NCBI RefSeq assembly: GCF_947626835.1
Contig: NZ_CANQTS010000008.1
Span: 1,039-65,038, forward strand
Direction of reading: 5' to 3'
From: an uncultured Acinetobacter sp.
GTDB lineage: Bacteria; Pseudomonadota; Gammaproteobacteria; Pseudomonadales; Moraxellaceae
DNA: 64,000 bases
Below, in pieces: positions 38,297 through 50,308 of this stretch; the stretch's first letter is position 1; every line of letters begins with the position of its first letter. Below the pieces are notes generated by a model. That model saw only the letters and a program-made list of their open reading frames with translations, made no database searches and was not told where the DNA came from. Position numbers and translations under genes: made by a program.

Positions 38297-39367
38297 TTAA
38301 GCTTCAACCATTTCTAAAGTTGGATAATCGATATACCCCTCTGGCGTATCTGTGCCAATCATTTTATCAAGTTGTACTTCATTGAGTGGTGCGTCTTGCA
38401 CTAAACGTTCATATAAGTCAGGATTGGCAATATAGGCTTTACCAAAGGCAACCGCATCTGCTTTACCTGAAGCCAATAACTCAATCGCATCTTGACGAGT
38501 TAAACCCATATTGGCGATGTAAGGCACTCCACCTGAACGCTCTTTCATATAACTTGAAATACTGTCTTCCGCTAAATATTCACGGGTAAAGAAAAAAGCA
38601 ATCTTACGTTTACCCAATTCTTGCATGGCGTAACCAAAGGTTTCACGTGGATTCGCATCGCCCATGTCATTTTCATCACAACGTGGCGCAAGATGCACGC
38701 CTACTCGCCCTGCACCCCATACTTCAATTAAAGCATCGACAATTTCAAGTAAAAAACGCACACGATTTTCTACCGAACCACCGTATTGGTCATCACGTAA
38801 ATTGGTGCTGCTTTGCAAAAACTGATCGACCAAATAACCATTGGCTGCATGTAACTCTACGCCATCAAAACCTGCTGCTTTGGCGTTCATCGCCATTTTT
38901 TTAAAGTCAGCAATTGTGGTTTGAATTTCATCTAAGCTTAGAGGACGTGGTGCCACGTAATCTTGTTTTGGACGTAACAAACTCAGTTGACCTGCAGGTT
39001 TTACATCACTCGCCGAAACAGGCTTTTGTCCATTTTGAAAATATGGATGAGAAATATGCCCTACATGCCAAAGCTGCGCCATGATTAAGCCACCTTTGGC
39101 ATGTACAGCATCTGTGACACGCTTCCAACCTGCAATTTGCGCTTGGCTAAACATGGCTGGGGTATTGGCATAGCCGATCGCTTGCTGAGAAACAATAATC
39201 GCTTCAGAGATAATTAAGCCTGCACTAGCGCGTTGGGCGTAATAATCCGCCATCATTTGAGTCGGAATTAAGTCATCTGCTACGCGCGTACGCGTTAATG
39301 GTGCCATAATCACACGATTTCTAAGCGTTAAGTCGCCAAGCGTAATTGGTGTCGATAATTCAGCCAT
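38297..39367 (-). CDS. Old yellow enzyme / alkene reductase, copy 2
   Basis: NRVIMAPLTR, QLWHVG, ELHAANGYL. Start at MAELST. Confidence 0.93.
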   Translation of the reverse strand: MAELSTPITLGDLTLRNRVIMAPLTRTRVADDLIPTQMMADYYAQRASAGLIISEAIIVSQQAIGYANTPAMFSQAQIAGWKRVTDAVHAKGGLIMAQLWHVGHISHPYFQNGQKPVSASDVKPAGQLSLLRPKQDYVAPRPLSLDEIQTTIADFKKMAMNAKAAGFDGVELHAANGYLVDQFLQSSTNLRDDQYGGSVENRVRFLLEIVDALIEVWGAGRVGVHLAPRCDENDMGDANPRETFGYAMQELGKRKIAFFFTREYLAEDSISSYMKERSGGVPYIANMGLTRQDAIELLASGKADAVAFGKAYIANPDLYERLVQDAPLNEVQLDKMIGTDTPEGYIDYPTLEMVEA

Positions 39368-39563
39368 GCTGCCCCTCATTAAATTAATTTTTAAAATCTA
39401 AATTGATATTTCAGTTAACATTTATCATCAAGAATCTGCTTTTTTAACTAGAAAAAATTGCATTTAGATGAATTGAATAGCGCAGCATACAATACTCAAT
39501 ACTTGAATAGAAACAAAAAAACGCCAAGGTTTAACTTGACGTTTCAATTGAATCATACTGATT

Positions 39564-40622
39564 TTATTTTAGGCTTGGATAATCGATATAGCCTTCTGCG
39601 ACATCGGTTCCAATCATATTTTCGAGCTTTAATTCATTGAGTGGCGCGTCAATTAATAAACGCTCATATAAATCAGGGTTAGCAATATAGGCTTTACCAA
39701 ACGATACTGCATCGGCTTTGCCTGAGGCTAATAAATCAATTGCATCGGCACGGCTTAAACGCATATTGGCAATATAAGGCACCCCATTAGAGCGCTGTTT
39801 CATATACTCAGAAATACTATCTTCAGCCAAATATTCACGGGTAAAGAAAAAGGCAATATTACGTTTACCCAATTCTTCCATCACATAGCCAAATGTTTCA
39901 CGTGGAGTCGCATCCCCCATATCGTGTTCATCACCACGCGGTGCTAAATGCACACCGACACGCCCTGCACCCCAAACTTCAATTAAAGCATCCACCACTT
40001 CAAGTAAGAAACGGGCACGATTTTCAACTGAACCACCATATTGGTCATCACGTAAGTTCGTTGTGCTTTGTAAGAATTGATCAATTAAATAACCGTTAGC
40101 AGCATGTAGCTCTACACCATCAAAACCTGCTTCTTTGGCATAAATGGCAGCTTGTTTATATTGTTCCTTAATGGCATGAATTTCAGCAATTTCCAGTGCA
40201 CGAGGAACGACATATTCACGTTTTGGACGCAATAAGCTCACATAACCTGCTTGTTGTACATTACTGGCTGAAACTGGGGTTGCACCATCTAACAAATCAG
40301 GATGCGATACACGCCCCACATGCCAAAGTTGCGACACAATTAAGCTGCCTTTTGCATGTACAGCATCGGTGACCAATTTCCAACCCTCAACTTGGGCTTG
40401 GTTAAATAGCCCCGGGGTATTTAAATAGCCATTGGCTTGTTCTGAAATGACCGTTGCTTCAGCAATAATTAAACCAGCACTGGCACGTTGGGCATAATAC
40501 TCAGCCATCATTGCTGTAGGTACACGGTCTTTGGTCGCACGACTACGGGTTAGTGGTGCCATGACCACACGATTTTTAAGTTTTAATTCGCCAAGCGTTA
40601 AAGGAGTATTCAATTCAGCCAT
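39564..40622 (-). CDS. Old yellow enzyme / alkene reductase, copy 1
   Basis: NRVVMAPLTRSR, QLWHVGR, ELHAANGYL. GAGG RBS before MAELNT. Confidence 0.93.
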   Translation of the reverse strand: MAELNTPLTLGELKLKNRVVMAPLTRSRATKDRVPTAMMAEYYAQRASAGLIIAEATVISEQANGYLNTPGLFNQAQVEGWKLVTDAVHAKGSLIVSQLWHVGRVSHPDLLDGATPVSASNVQQAGYVSLLRPKREYVVPRALEIAEIHAIKEQYKQAAIYAKEAGFDGVELHAANGYLIDQFLQSTTNLRDDQYGGSVENRARFLLEVVDALIEVWGAGRVGVHLAPRGDEHDMGDATPRETFGYVMEELGKRNIAFFFTREYLAEDSISEYMKQRSNGVPYIANMRLSRADAIDLLASGKADAVSFGKAYIANPDLYERLLIDAPLNELKLENMIGTDVAEGYIDYPSLK

Positions 40623-40641
40623 AATTACCTCATCACTCAAC

Positions 40642-40947
40642 TTAAAGTGAGTGTTGTAAATGATCAATATAGTGCTGAATTAAGGCTTCATTGCGAGAAA
40701 AATAGGACCATTGCCCATGCTTTTGCGCTTGGATTAAACCCGCTTGCTGTAAAACCGACAAATGATTGGACATGGTCGATTGTGATACATTGCCAAGGCG
40801 TTCAATTTGCCCTGCACACACACCACGTTCAAAATTACCACATTCTTCAGCCGGTAAATACGCTGCTGGGTCTTTGAGCCACATTAAAATCTGCCGTCGC
40901 GTGGGATTCGCTAAGGCTTTAAAGATTAAATCAACATCCATAGACAT
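40642..40947 (-). CDS. ArsR/SmtB-family transcriptional regulator
   Basis: FKALANPTRRQIL, SQSTMSNHLSVLQQAGLI; two Cys. Confidence 0.92.
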   Translation of the reverse strand: MSMDVDLIFKALANPTRRQILMWLKDPAAYLPAEECGNFERGVCAGQIERLGNVSQSTMSNHLSVLQQAGLIQAQKHGQWSYFSRNEALIQHYIDHLQHSL

Positions 40948-40995
40948 AGACCCTCTTCAAATTACACAAAGGCCTAATTCAGCGTTATATTAATA

Positions 40996-41035
40996 TATCG
41001 TATTTTTTAGATATTAATATCTATTTTTTACGATA
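40996..41035. promoter_or_regulatory. Candidate tandem ArsR operator
   Basis: TATCGTA-N5-TAGATATTAATATCTA-N5-TACGATA, equivalent to two TATC-N10-GATA sites, 49-88 nt upstream of the ArsR gene. Confidence 0.55.
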
Positions 41036-41071
41036 AATAACCAAAACGCTGCATTAGACCCTTGGAAAAAC

Positions 41072-42167
41072 TTATAAACCTTGTTTTAAGCTGGCTTCAA
41101 TAAACTTATCTAAGTCGCCATCTAAAACTGCACCTGTGTTGGAATTTTCTACACCAGTACGTAAGTCTTTAATACGTGAGTCATCTAAAACGTATGAACG
41201 AATTTGACTGCCCCAACCAATATCAGACTTCGAGTCTTCTAAGGCTTGCGCTGCTTCATTACGTTTGCTCATTTCTAACTCATAGAGTTTGGCACGTAAT
41301 TGCTTCCAAGCATGGTCACGGTTGGCGTGTTGTGAACGCTGGTTCTGACATGCCACGACAATACCGGTTGGCGCGTGGGTTAAACGTACCGCAGAGTCAG
41401 TTTTGTTAATGTGCTGACCACCTGCCCCTGAGGCACGATAAGTATCCGTACGTACATCGGCTGGATTAATATCAATTTCGATATTGTCATCGACTTCAGG
41501 CGATACAAACACTGCAGAGAATGAAGTATGACGACGGTTACCTGAATCAAATGGCGATTTACGTACTAGACGATGTACACCAGATTCAGTACGCAGCCAA
41601 CCATAGGCATACTCACCTTCTACACGAATGGTCGCTGACTTAATACCAGCCACATCACCGTCTGATTCTTCCATCACTTCGGCTTTAAAACCATGACGCT
41701 CGATCCAACGTAAATACATACGTAGCAGCATAGAGGCCCAATCTTGTGCCTCTGTACCACCAGAACCGGCTTGAATTTCCACATAACATGGGTTTGGGTC
41801 CATCGGATTACTAAACATACGACGGAATTCAAGCTTCGCTAATTCTTCTTCAGCAGCGCTGAGTTCTGCTTGCACATCAGCCAACATCTCTTCTTCATCT
41901 GCTTCAACAGCAAGATCAAGCATCGCTTGAGCATCTTCAAGTTGGGTGGTTAAACCATCCAGCACATTGAGTACGTTTTCAAGCTCGCCTTTTTCTTTGG
42001 CCATGGCTTGGGCACGACTTTGGTCATTCCAAATTGCAGGATCTTCTAACTCGCGCAGAACCTCTTCTAAACGCTCTTTCTTTAGATCGTAGTCAAAGAT
42101 ACCCCCGTAGTGTTTGACCACGGTCGTTTAAGTCTTTTAGCTGTACTAGATAAGGATTAATTTCCAC
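41072..42167 (-). CDS. prfB: Peptide chain release factor 2 with programmed +1 frameshift
   Basis: GTG start at 42167 (MEINPYL..RGYL), CTT TGA C slip site, then DYDLKK; SPF and GGQ motifs. Confidence 0.98.
42092..42107 (-). promoter_or_regulatory. prfB frameshift signal
   Basis: CGGGGG TAT CTT TGA C: internal Shine-Dalgarno, slippery codon and UGA. Confidence 0.95.
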
Positions 42168-42474
42168 GTTCGTCTCTCAAACAAATGTAAGCGTTAAATA
42201 GTCCAATATTATAGCACAGCCGCATTTTAGATTTTTAAATCGGCAACATAGGCAAAATTTACTACTTGAGCTATGATTTTAACTGCTATCCTCTTCATGA
42301 TTTATTCTTAATTGGATACAAATATGCATAATTCACTTGATTTTTTACAATTTTGAATAAAATATACAGATCTGATCTAAAGCTAAGAATAAAATAAATC
42401 AATAAAAATCAATAGTTAATAAAAACAACTTTACATAACATTACCAAATTCACAAAACGGTAACTTTGCAGAGA

Positions 42475-42502
42475 TTGACGATATTTGAATATGCTCTAGA
42501 CT
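42475..42502 (+). promoter_or_regulatory. Putative omp25 promoter
   Basis: TTGACG-16 bp-TAGACT, followed by the dyad CTTGT-A-ACAAG at 42507-42517. Confidence 0.5.
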
Positions 42503-42557
42503 AAAACTTGTAACAAGAAATTTATTATTTTAATCAGTTTCAGAGGGGTGGACATCC

Positions 42558-43337
42558 ATGAAAAAATTAGCAATCGCATCTGCACTTCTTTCCGCTATTG
42601 CATTCACAGGCACAGCAGCACACGCTTACCAAGCTGAAGTTGGCGGTTCTTTAGGTTATGTTGACCCAGATCGCGGCAGTTCAGGTGAGTCTTATGGCTT
42701 AAACGGTACGTATTATTTCAAGCAAGTTCAAACACGTAATGCACCACTTGCTGAAGCTGCTTACCTAGACCGTGCAAGTAATGTAAGTGCACATGTTCAA
42801 TTTGATGACGTAGGCGCTGCTGAAGAAACCAAATACGGCGTTGCGGGCGAATACTTTGTACCAAATTCTGATTTTTATGTAAGTGCTAACCTTGGTCGTA
42901 CAGACGTAGAAGAGCGTGGTTATGCAGATGTAGATACCACAACATTTGGTGCTGAAGTCGGTTACTTCTTTGCTCCAGGTTTGTTGGTCGCTGCAGGTCT
43001 TAAAGGCTATGACAATGACTTTACAGATGGTACAGATCCAACCTTACGTGCTAAATATGTAACCACATTAAGTAACGGTAAAGATATTAATTTAGAAGCT
43101 GGTGCTGCATTTGGTGATCTAGATGAATACCGTGTTGCTGGTGATTACTACATCGACAAAACATTTAGCGTAGGTGCTGACTATATCGATAATGACCTAC
43201 AAGAAAGCAGTGAATTGGGTATTAAAGCTCGTAAGTTCTTTAATCCTCAATTAAGTGTAGAAGGTCGTGTAGGTTTTGGTGAAGTCAATACAGTTGACTA
43301 CAACAAGTTTGGCTTAGCTGCGAAGTATCGTTTCTAA
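42558..43337 (+). CDS. Omp25-like putative porin (same family as Omp33-36)
   Basis: MKKLAIASALL signal peptide, YQAEVGGS, NAPLAEAAYL, C-terminal AKYRF. Confidence 0.88.
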   Translation: MKKLAIASALLSAIAFTGTAAHAYQAEVGGSLGYVDPDRGSSGESYGLNGTYYFKQVQTRNAPLAEAAYLDRASNVSAHVQFDDVGAAEETKYGVAGEYFVPNSDFYVSANLGRTDVEERGYADVDTTTFGAEVGYFFAPGLLVAAGLKGYDNDFTDGTDPTLRAKYVTTLSNGKDINLEAGAAFGDLDEYRVAGDYYIDKTFSVGADYIDNDLQESSELGIKARKFFNPQLSVEGRVGFGEVNTVDYNKFGLAAKYRF

Positions 43338-43359
43338 GTCTTGGATAAAATCTAAAATC

Positions 43360-43388
43360 AAAAAACCGCGCTATGGCGCGGTTTTTTT
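43360..43388. terminator. Bidirectional terminator
   Basis: AAAAAACCGCGC-TATG-GCGCGGTTTTTTT. Confidence 0.85.
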
Positions 43389-45099
43389 ATTGGCTTAAGT
43401 GAATCACTTTCAGCTGTAAACTCACCTGCCCATTAAATTCATTCCGATCAAGCTCATACACTAAATGTACATAATCTTGCATCGGGTTAAATTCATATTT
43501 GCTTGCTGCGTTAAATGCAATCGCTTCTACTATTGGCCCAGTTTTCCCATCTGCTAATGCAAGATGCAATTTTAAATGCACCTCTTTAAGCCAACGAAAA
43601 TCAACAATTTTAAAGGTCCCTTCAAATACAGGGCTTGGGAATTTTTGCCCCCATGGACTTAAATTTTTTAGTAAATCGACTGTCGTTAAATTTAACTCTT
43701 GTGTACTTAATTCACCATCTGTCCAAAGAGTCGCTTGAAATAGCTCTGCTTCATAGGTGGCAATTAAAGCTTCAAAACGTGTCTTAAACTCAGCAAAATG
43801 TTGTTCTTTAATGGTCAAACCTGCGGCTGCTGCATGTCCACCAAAATGCGTGACTAAATGCGGATATTGCTCAGCAAGCAGTTCAATCACATCACGAATA
43901 TGAATGCCTTCAATCGAACGTGCTGAACCTTTAATATGCACCCCATCTTCATCACAAGCAAAGACAATACTTGGACGATGAAACTGCTCTTTTAAACGCC
44001 CTGCTACAATGCCAATTACACCTTGATGCCAATGGGGTTCAAACAAGACTAAAGCATGTGGTAAATGCGCTTGATCAAGCTCAATTTGTTCAAGGGCGGC
44101 AAGTGCATCTTGTTTGATTTTGCCTTCTACCTGACGTCGTTCTACATTTAATTGCGTCAGTTGCTCGGCCAACGGATAGGCTTCTTTTAAACTTGGCGCC
44201 AACAAACACTCAATGCCGATGTCCATGGTTTCCATGCGCCCAGCAGCATTAATTCTTGGACCAAGCACAAAGCCTAAATCAGATGCTGACAAATGCGCCG
44301 CATCACGTTTAGCCAAATCAAGTAAGGCCAAAATACCCGGACGACATTGCTGCTGACGAATGCGCTGTAAACCGGCATCAATAAAAATACGGTTGTTATA
44401 ATCTAAACTTGCTACATCTGCATATGTGCCTAAAGCGACCAAATCCAAATATTGCACCATCGCCACATGGCTTTTGCCTTGTTGTTTACGCTGACTGGAT
44501 AAATTAGCCAACACATAAAAAGCTACACCGACCCCTGCTAAGGCTTTACTCGGAAAAGTACAACCCAATTGATTGGGATTAACCACAGCTTCTGCTTGCG
44601 GTGTGGGTTTAGTAGTCAGGTGGTGATCGGTGATAATCACTTGCATACCGTGATCTTGCGCCTGTTGCACACCTTCATGGCTTGAGATACCGTTATCTAC
44701 CGTAATTAATAGATCAGGCGTAAATTTGGCAAAGGCTAAATCAGCAATGGCAGGTGTTAAGCCATAACCATATTTAAAACGATCTGGGACTAAATATTCA
44801 ACATCAGCACCCATTTCACGTAAAGCAAGCAGCATTAATGTGGTACTGGTTGCTCCATCAGCATCGTAATCACCCACAATCACGATTTTTTTATTTTGAT
44901 CAATGGCTTGATCCATTAAAGCAATCGCTTGTGGTAAACCCAACATGGTAGGTGCGAGTAAATGTTTAAGTTTAAGTTCTAATTCTTGAGTGGATTGCAC
45001 ACCGCGGCGCGCTAAAATTTTTGCCACCAAAGGCGACACGCCCTGAAAATTTTCAGGGCGTGTGAGAAATGGGCGTTGTTGAACAAGGATCTTGGTCAT
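43387..45099 (-). CDS. recJ: ssDNA exonuclease RecJ
   Basis: GDYDADG, TVDNG, TDHH (DHH), GSARS, GGHAAAAG. Confidence 0.97.
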   Translation of the reverse strand: MTKILVQQRPFLTRPENFQGVSPLVAKILARRGVQSTQELELKLKHLLAPTMLGLPQAIALMDQAIDQNKKIVIVGDYDADGATSTTLMLLALREMGADVEYLVPDRFKYGYGLTPAIADLAFAKFTPDLLITVDNGISSHEGVQQAQDHGMQVIITDHHLTTKPTPQAEAVVNPNQLGCTFPSKALAGVGVAFYVLANLSSQRKQQGKSHVAMVQYLDLVALGTYADVASLDYNNRIFIDAGLQRIRQQQCRPGILALLDLAKRDAAHLSASDLGFVLGPRINAAGRMETMDIGIECLLAPSLKEAYPLAEQLTQLNVERRQVEGKIKQDALAALEQIELDQAHLPHALVLFEPHWHQGVIGIVAGRLKEQFHRPSIVFACDEDGVHIKGSARSIEGIHIRDVIELLAEQYPHLVTHFGGHAAAAGLTIKEQHFAEFKTRFEALIATYEAELFQATLWTDGELSTQELNLTTVDLLKNLSPWGQKFPSPVFEGTFKIVDFRWLKEVHLKLHLALADGKTGPIVEAIAFNAASKYEFNPMQDYVHLVYELDRNEFNGQVSLQLKVIHLSQ

Positions 45100-45756
45100 T
45101 TAAGGCATCAGACGTTGTAGCTTCCAGTTGCCTGCAATTCTTTCATAAATTAGGCGATCATGTAAGCGATTTGGTCGGCCTTGCCAAAACTCATAGTGCT
45201 CAGGCACTAAACGATAGCCACCCCAAAATTCAGGTTTCGGCAATTCTGCTTGTGTAGCGACCTGAGCTTGCAAGTCATCAAAGCGTTGTTGCAAATCTTC
45301 GCGACTGGCAATCACCCCACTTTGTGGGGTACTAATATGCGCTGCAATTTGGCTATCGCGCGGGCGCTTATGATAGTAATCAGTTGATTCTTGCTCAGAA
45401 ATTTTTTCTACACTACCTGAGATACGCACCTGACGTTCAAGCTCAGGCCAATAAAATAAAATCTCTGCATAAGGATTGGCCGCTAAATCTAAGCCTTTTT
45501 GACTATCATAATTGGTATAAAAGTCATAACCTAGCTCCGTGGCCCCACGTAACAGTACAGTGCGTACATGTGGACGCCCCTGACCATCAGCTGTGGCAAT
45601 CGACATGGCATACGGTTCATGCAACTGTGCCGATAAGGCTTGGTTAAACCATTGCAAAAACTGTTGATGCGGATCAGTTTGAATCTGATCTTCATGCAAC
45701 TCACCTTTTTGATAGCTTAAACGCAATTCACTTAAATCTTTAATTACATCAGTCAT
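45100..45756 (-). CDS. pdxH: Pyridoxamine 5'-phosphate oxidase
   Basis: RTVLLR, FYTNYDSQK, EFWQGRPNRLHDR. Confidence 0.97.
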   Translation of the reverse strand: MTDVIKDLSELRLSYQKGELHEDQIQTDPHQQFLQWFNQALSAQLHEPYAMSIATADGQGRPHVRTVLLRGATELGYDFYTNYDSQKGLDLAANPYAEILFYWPELERQVRISGSVEKISEQESTDYYHKRPRDSQIAAHISTPQSGVIASREDLQQRFDDLQAQVATQAELPKPEFWGGYRLVPEHYEFWQGRPNRLHDRLIYERIAGNWKLQRLMP

Positions 45757-45765
45757 GAGATTTCC

Positions 45766-47097
45766 TTAAACAGCATTGGCACGTACAGCATCGGCTAAAT
45801 GATTGGCTAAAGCAGTGACTTCGGCTAAGTCATCACCTTCAACCATCACGCGAATCACAGGTTCTGTACCTGATTTACGAATTAATAAACGACCACGACC
45901 TTTAAGCTGTTGCTCGGCTTTATCAAATTCAGTCACTAAAGCAGGCACGCCGTAAGGGTCAAACATGGCATCTAAACGTACATTGACCAATACATTTGGC
46001 AATAATTTAAAGTCAGCCACTAATTCAGCTAAGCTTTGCTGACGCTCCACCATCACAGTTAACACTTGTAGTGCTGCAATAATCGCATCGCCGGTGGTGC
46101 TCTTATCTAAAGTAAGGATATGACCTGATGGCTCACCACCAGTTACCCAAGCGTGTTGCTCTAAACCTTGCAATACATAACGGTCACCGACTTTAGCACG
46201 CACAAATGGCACATTTGCTTGCTCTAAAGCCAACTCTAAAGCCATATTGCTCATGAGTGTACCCACAATACCTGCAGGTTTTTGCTTAGCTTTAGTCGCT
46301 AAGATATAAAGGATATGATCGCCTGTGATTTCTTGACCATGTTGGTCAATCATAATCACACGATCTGCATCACCATCAAAAGCAATACCTAAATCCGCTT
46401 GATGTTCAAGTACAGCAGCTTTTAGGTTTTCAGGATGGGTTGAACCACAATTTTCGTTAATGTTTAAACCGTCAGGCTCATTAAAGATCGCAACGACTTT
46501 AGCACCGAGTTCACGGAATACCGCAGGACCGACGTTATAAGCTGAACCATTGGCACAATCCACCACAATTTTAAGATCATTTAAGTCTAGATGGTACGGG
46601 AAGGTTGATTTACAAAATTCAATGTAACGACCATTGGCATCTTTTACACGTACGCTTTTACCTAAGTTAGCGGTATCTTCAATGACCAAGTCTTTTTCAA
46701 GTTCTTGATTAATTTCTTCTTGTAAACTATCAGGTAATTTTTTACCTTCAGCCGAGAAAAATTTAATACCATTATCAAAATACGGGTTATGCGAGGCCGA
46801 AATCACAATACCTAAACTTGCATGTAAAGCACGGGTTAAATGAGCAATCGCAGGCGTTGGCAATGGACCCAATAAGTGTACATAGACCCCAGCAGCGTTT
46901 AGACCTGCTTGTAGAGCAGCTTCTAAAATATAACCAGATAAACGTGTATCTTTACCCATCACCACAATAGGTTTTTTCTTTTTACTGTTACGTTTTAATA
47001 CTTTACCCGCGGCAAAACCTAATTTTAAAGCAAATTCAGGGGTAATGGGTAAAACACCAAACTTACCACGAATACCATCTGTTCCAAAATAACTCAT
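45766..47097 (-). CDS. glmM: Phosphoglucosamine mutase
   Basis: [29 protein letters not shown]. Confidence 0.98.
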   Translation of the reverse strand: MSYFGTDGIRGKFGVLPITPEFALKLGFAAGKVLKRNSKKKKPIVVMGKDTRLSGYILEAALQAGLNAAGVYVHLLGPLPTPAIAHLTRALHASLGIVISASHNPYFDNGIKFFSAEGKKLPDSLQEEINQELEKDLVIEDTANLGKSVRVKDANGRYIEFCKSTFPYHLDLNDLKIVVDCANGSAYNVGPAVFRELGAKVVAIFNEPDGLNINENCGSTHPENLKAAVLEHQADLGIAFDGDADRVIMIDQHGQEITGDHILYILATKAKQKPAGIVGTLMSNMALELALEQANVPFVRAKVGDRYVLQGLEQHAWVTGGEPSGHILTLDKSTTGDAIIAALQVLTVMVERQQSLAELVADFKLLPNVLVNVRLDAMFDPYGVPALVTEFDKAEQQLKGRGRLLIRKSGTEPVIRVMVEGDDLAEVTALANHLADAVRANAV

Positions 47098-47176
47098 ATT
47101 CTGCTCGCTATATTTTTATTGCTGCATATTGGGCAGCACTTGGTTTTTAATGGCAAATACTTTATCACCAAAATGT

Positions 47177-47206
47177 AAAAAAGCCGTCATTTTATGACGG
47201 CTTTTT
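47177..47206. terminator. Terminator after guaB
   Basis: AAAAAAGCCGTCAT-TTT-ATGACGGCTTTTT. Confidence 0.8.
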
Positions 47207-47225
47207 CAATCTCTAGGTTAATAGA

Positions 47226-48719
<1,494 letters not shown>

Positions 48720-48893
48720 CTATTATAAACAAAATTTTGGCTTTTATTCATTTAAATTTAGATAAAGATGCTAAAAAATATTCTATCTTGCTGAATAGCT
48801 TATAAGTTTAGTTAAAACAAGGCCTTATTTTTGATGATCTTTTTAAGTCTTTATTTCATTTAGCCAAGGGCAAAGTAAACTTTGCCCTTAGAT

Positions 48894-49259
48894 TTAACAC
48901 ACCTGATCGAAATCTTCATCATTGGTGGCAGGGCGCGCCTCGATATTCACCAATGGGATCATGTTATACGCTGCACGGGCTTTGTTACACTGTGCATCGC
49001 CGGCTTGCACTTCTTGGCAGCTTGAGCTGCGTGCGCTATATACGCCACAACTGACCTCTACCCCAATTTCACCTTGTAATGCAATACAGCGTGGCTGGGA
49101 TTGATTGGTACCTGCCATACAGCTATACACCGCGGTTACCGGTTCTGTGTAATGCTCAGGCAGATTTAAACCCTCTGCCCAATAAAAAGAAACACGAAAG
49201 TGCGCACAACACGCACCACAACTTAAACATGAATCTTCGCTTACCGATTGCGATAACAT
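48894..49259 (-). CDS. YkgJ-family cysteine-cluster protein
   Basis: CLSCGACC, RCIAL, CGVYSARSSSC. Confidence 0.88.
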   Translation of the reverse strand: MLSQSVSEDSCLSCGACCAHFRVSFYWAEGLNLPEHYTEPVTAVYSCMAGTNQSQPRCIALQGEIGVEVSCGVYSARSSSCQEVQAGDAQCNKARAAYNMIPLVNIEARPATNDEDFDQVC

Positions 49260-49349
49260 TTTTTAGCTCTTTTCGTCTGCAACTTCTTGGACCGAAAATT
49301 TTAAAAAAACTGTTTTTTGCAGGCAATATTTTTTTGTGATCTATTGGTC

Positions 49350-50147
49350 TTAGTGTGGATAGCTAAATACGCTTTCATCCATCAAGTCGGTACCACATTC
49401 AAGTGTTTCCACCCAATCTAAAAATTGATTGACTTTGGCTTTGCCGACAAAAGGCAAACCATGTTGTGGCACAATCATTTCTACATCCATGGTACGCACC
49501 ATGTTGACCCACAAGCGAATCACTTTATTACAGCACATATAACGCTGATGAAAACCTTTCATTTTGGCAATGTGCATATCAAAGTCTTCTACAATGGCTT
49601 TACCATCTTCGACAATGGATGCGCCCATATCGCCTGAAAATAAGATTTTTGCCAGTGGATCATAAAACTGAAAATTACCGACCGAATGTAGAAAATGCGC
49701 CGGCACAGCCACAATTGAAGATTCACCCAAAGGAATCACTTGTCCCGGATCAGGCAGTTCAATCAAACGATCCAGCCAATTACCTTTCATACGGTCGGTC
49801 ATAAAAGCTGAGTTTAAATGCGGTAGAAAGCGTGCCCATAGTTTAGAAGCTACAATCTTGGCATCGGTATACACCAACCAACGTGGCATAGAGGTAATAA
49901 TATCGGGGTCTTGATGCGATGCCATCACGTAATCAAGGTTCTTCAGCTTGGTATAGCGGCTGAGCTCCATAGTCAGTGGCACATAGGTTAAATCACCACC
50001 CGGATCAAGCACAGCAGCACGTCCATGGTCAATAATCAGGAATTGATTGGCTTGAATACCCTCACCCTGCACAAGGCTTGTAAAGCTAATACATTTATGG
50101 GTGCCATTATCAAATAAGACTTGTGAAGTGGTACGTTCAAGTGCCAT
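49350..50147 (-). CDS. Metallo-beta-lactamase-fold di-iron protein (ODP/FprA-like)
   Basis: NQFLI, DPGG, SHQDPD, HFLH, SGD, PQHG; no flavodoxin domain. Confidence 0.8.
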   Translation of the reverse strand: MALERTTSQVLFDNGTHKCISFTSLVQGEGIQANQFLIIDHGRAAVLDPGGDLTYVPLTMELSRYTKLKNLDYVMASHQDPDIITSMPRWLVYTDAKIVASKLWARFLPHLNSAFMTDRMKGNWLDRLIELPDPGQVIPLGESSIVAVPAHFLHSVGNFQFYDPLAKILFSGDMGASIVEDGKAIVEDFDMHIAKMKGFHQRYMCCNKVIRLWVNMVRTMDVEMIVPQHGLPFVGKAKVNQFLDWVETLECGTDLMDESVFSYPH

Positions 50148-50308
50148 GTAAATCCCCTTGCAGGACGTTGTGTGTTGTTTATATTAATTCCACACAAAAT
50201 ATATGCTTTTCTTGCAAGTTACAATCACGACAAAGGTGTAATTTTGCAGTAAATCCAGTAGATGTGCATAACCTGATACAAAATAATGCACAGGTTATGC
50301 GCTTTCAT

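Noticed and set aside
42096-42121. prfB start MVKHYGG from the ORF track
   Set aside because: An artefact of the programmed frameshift; the true start is GTG at 42167.
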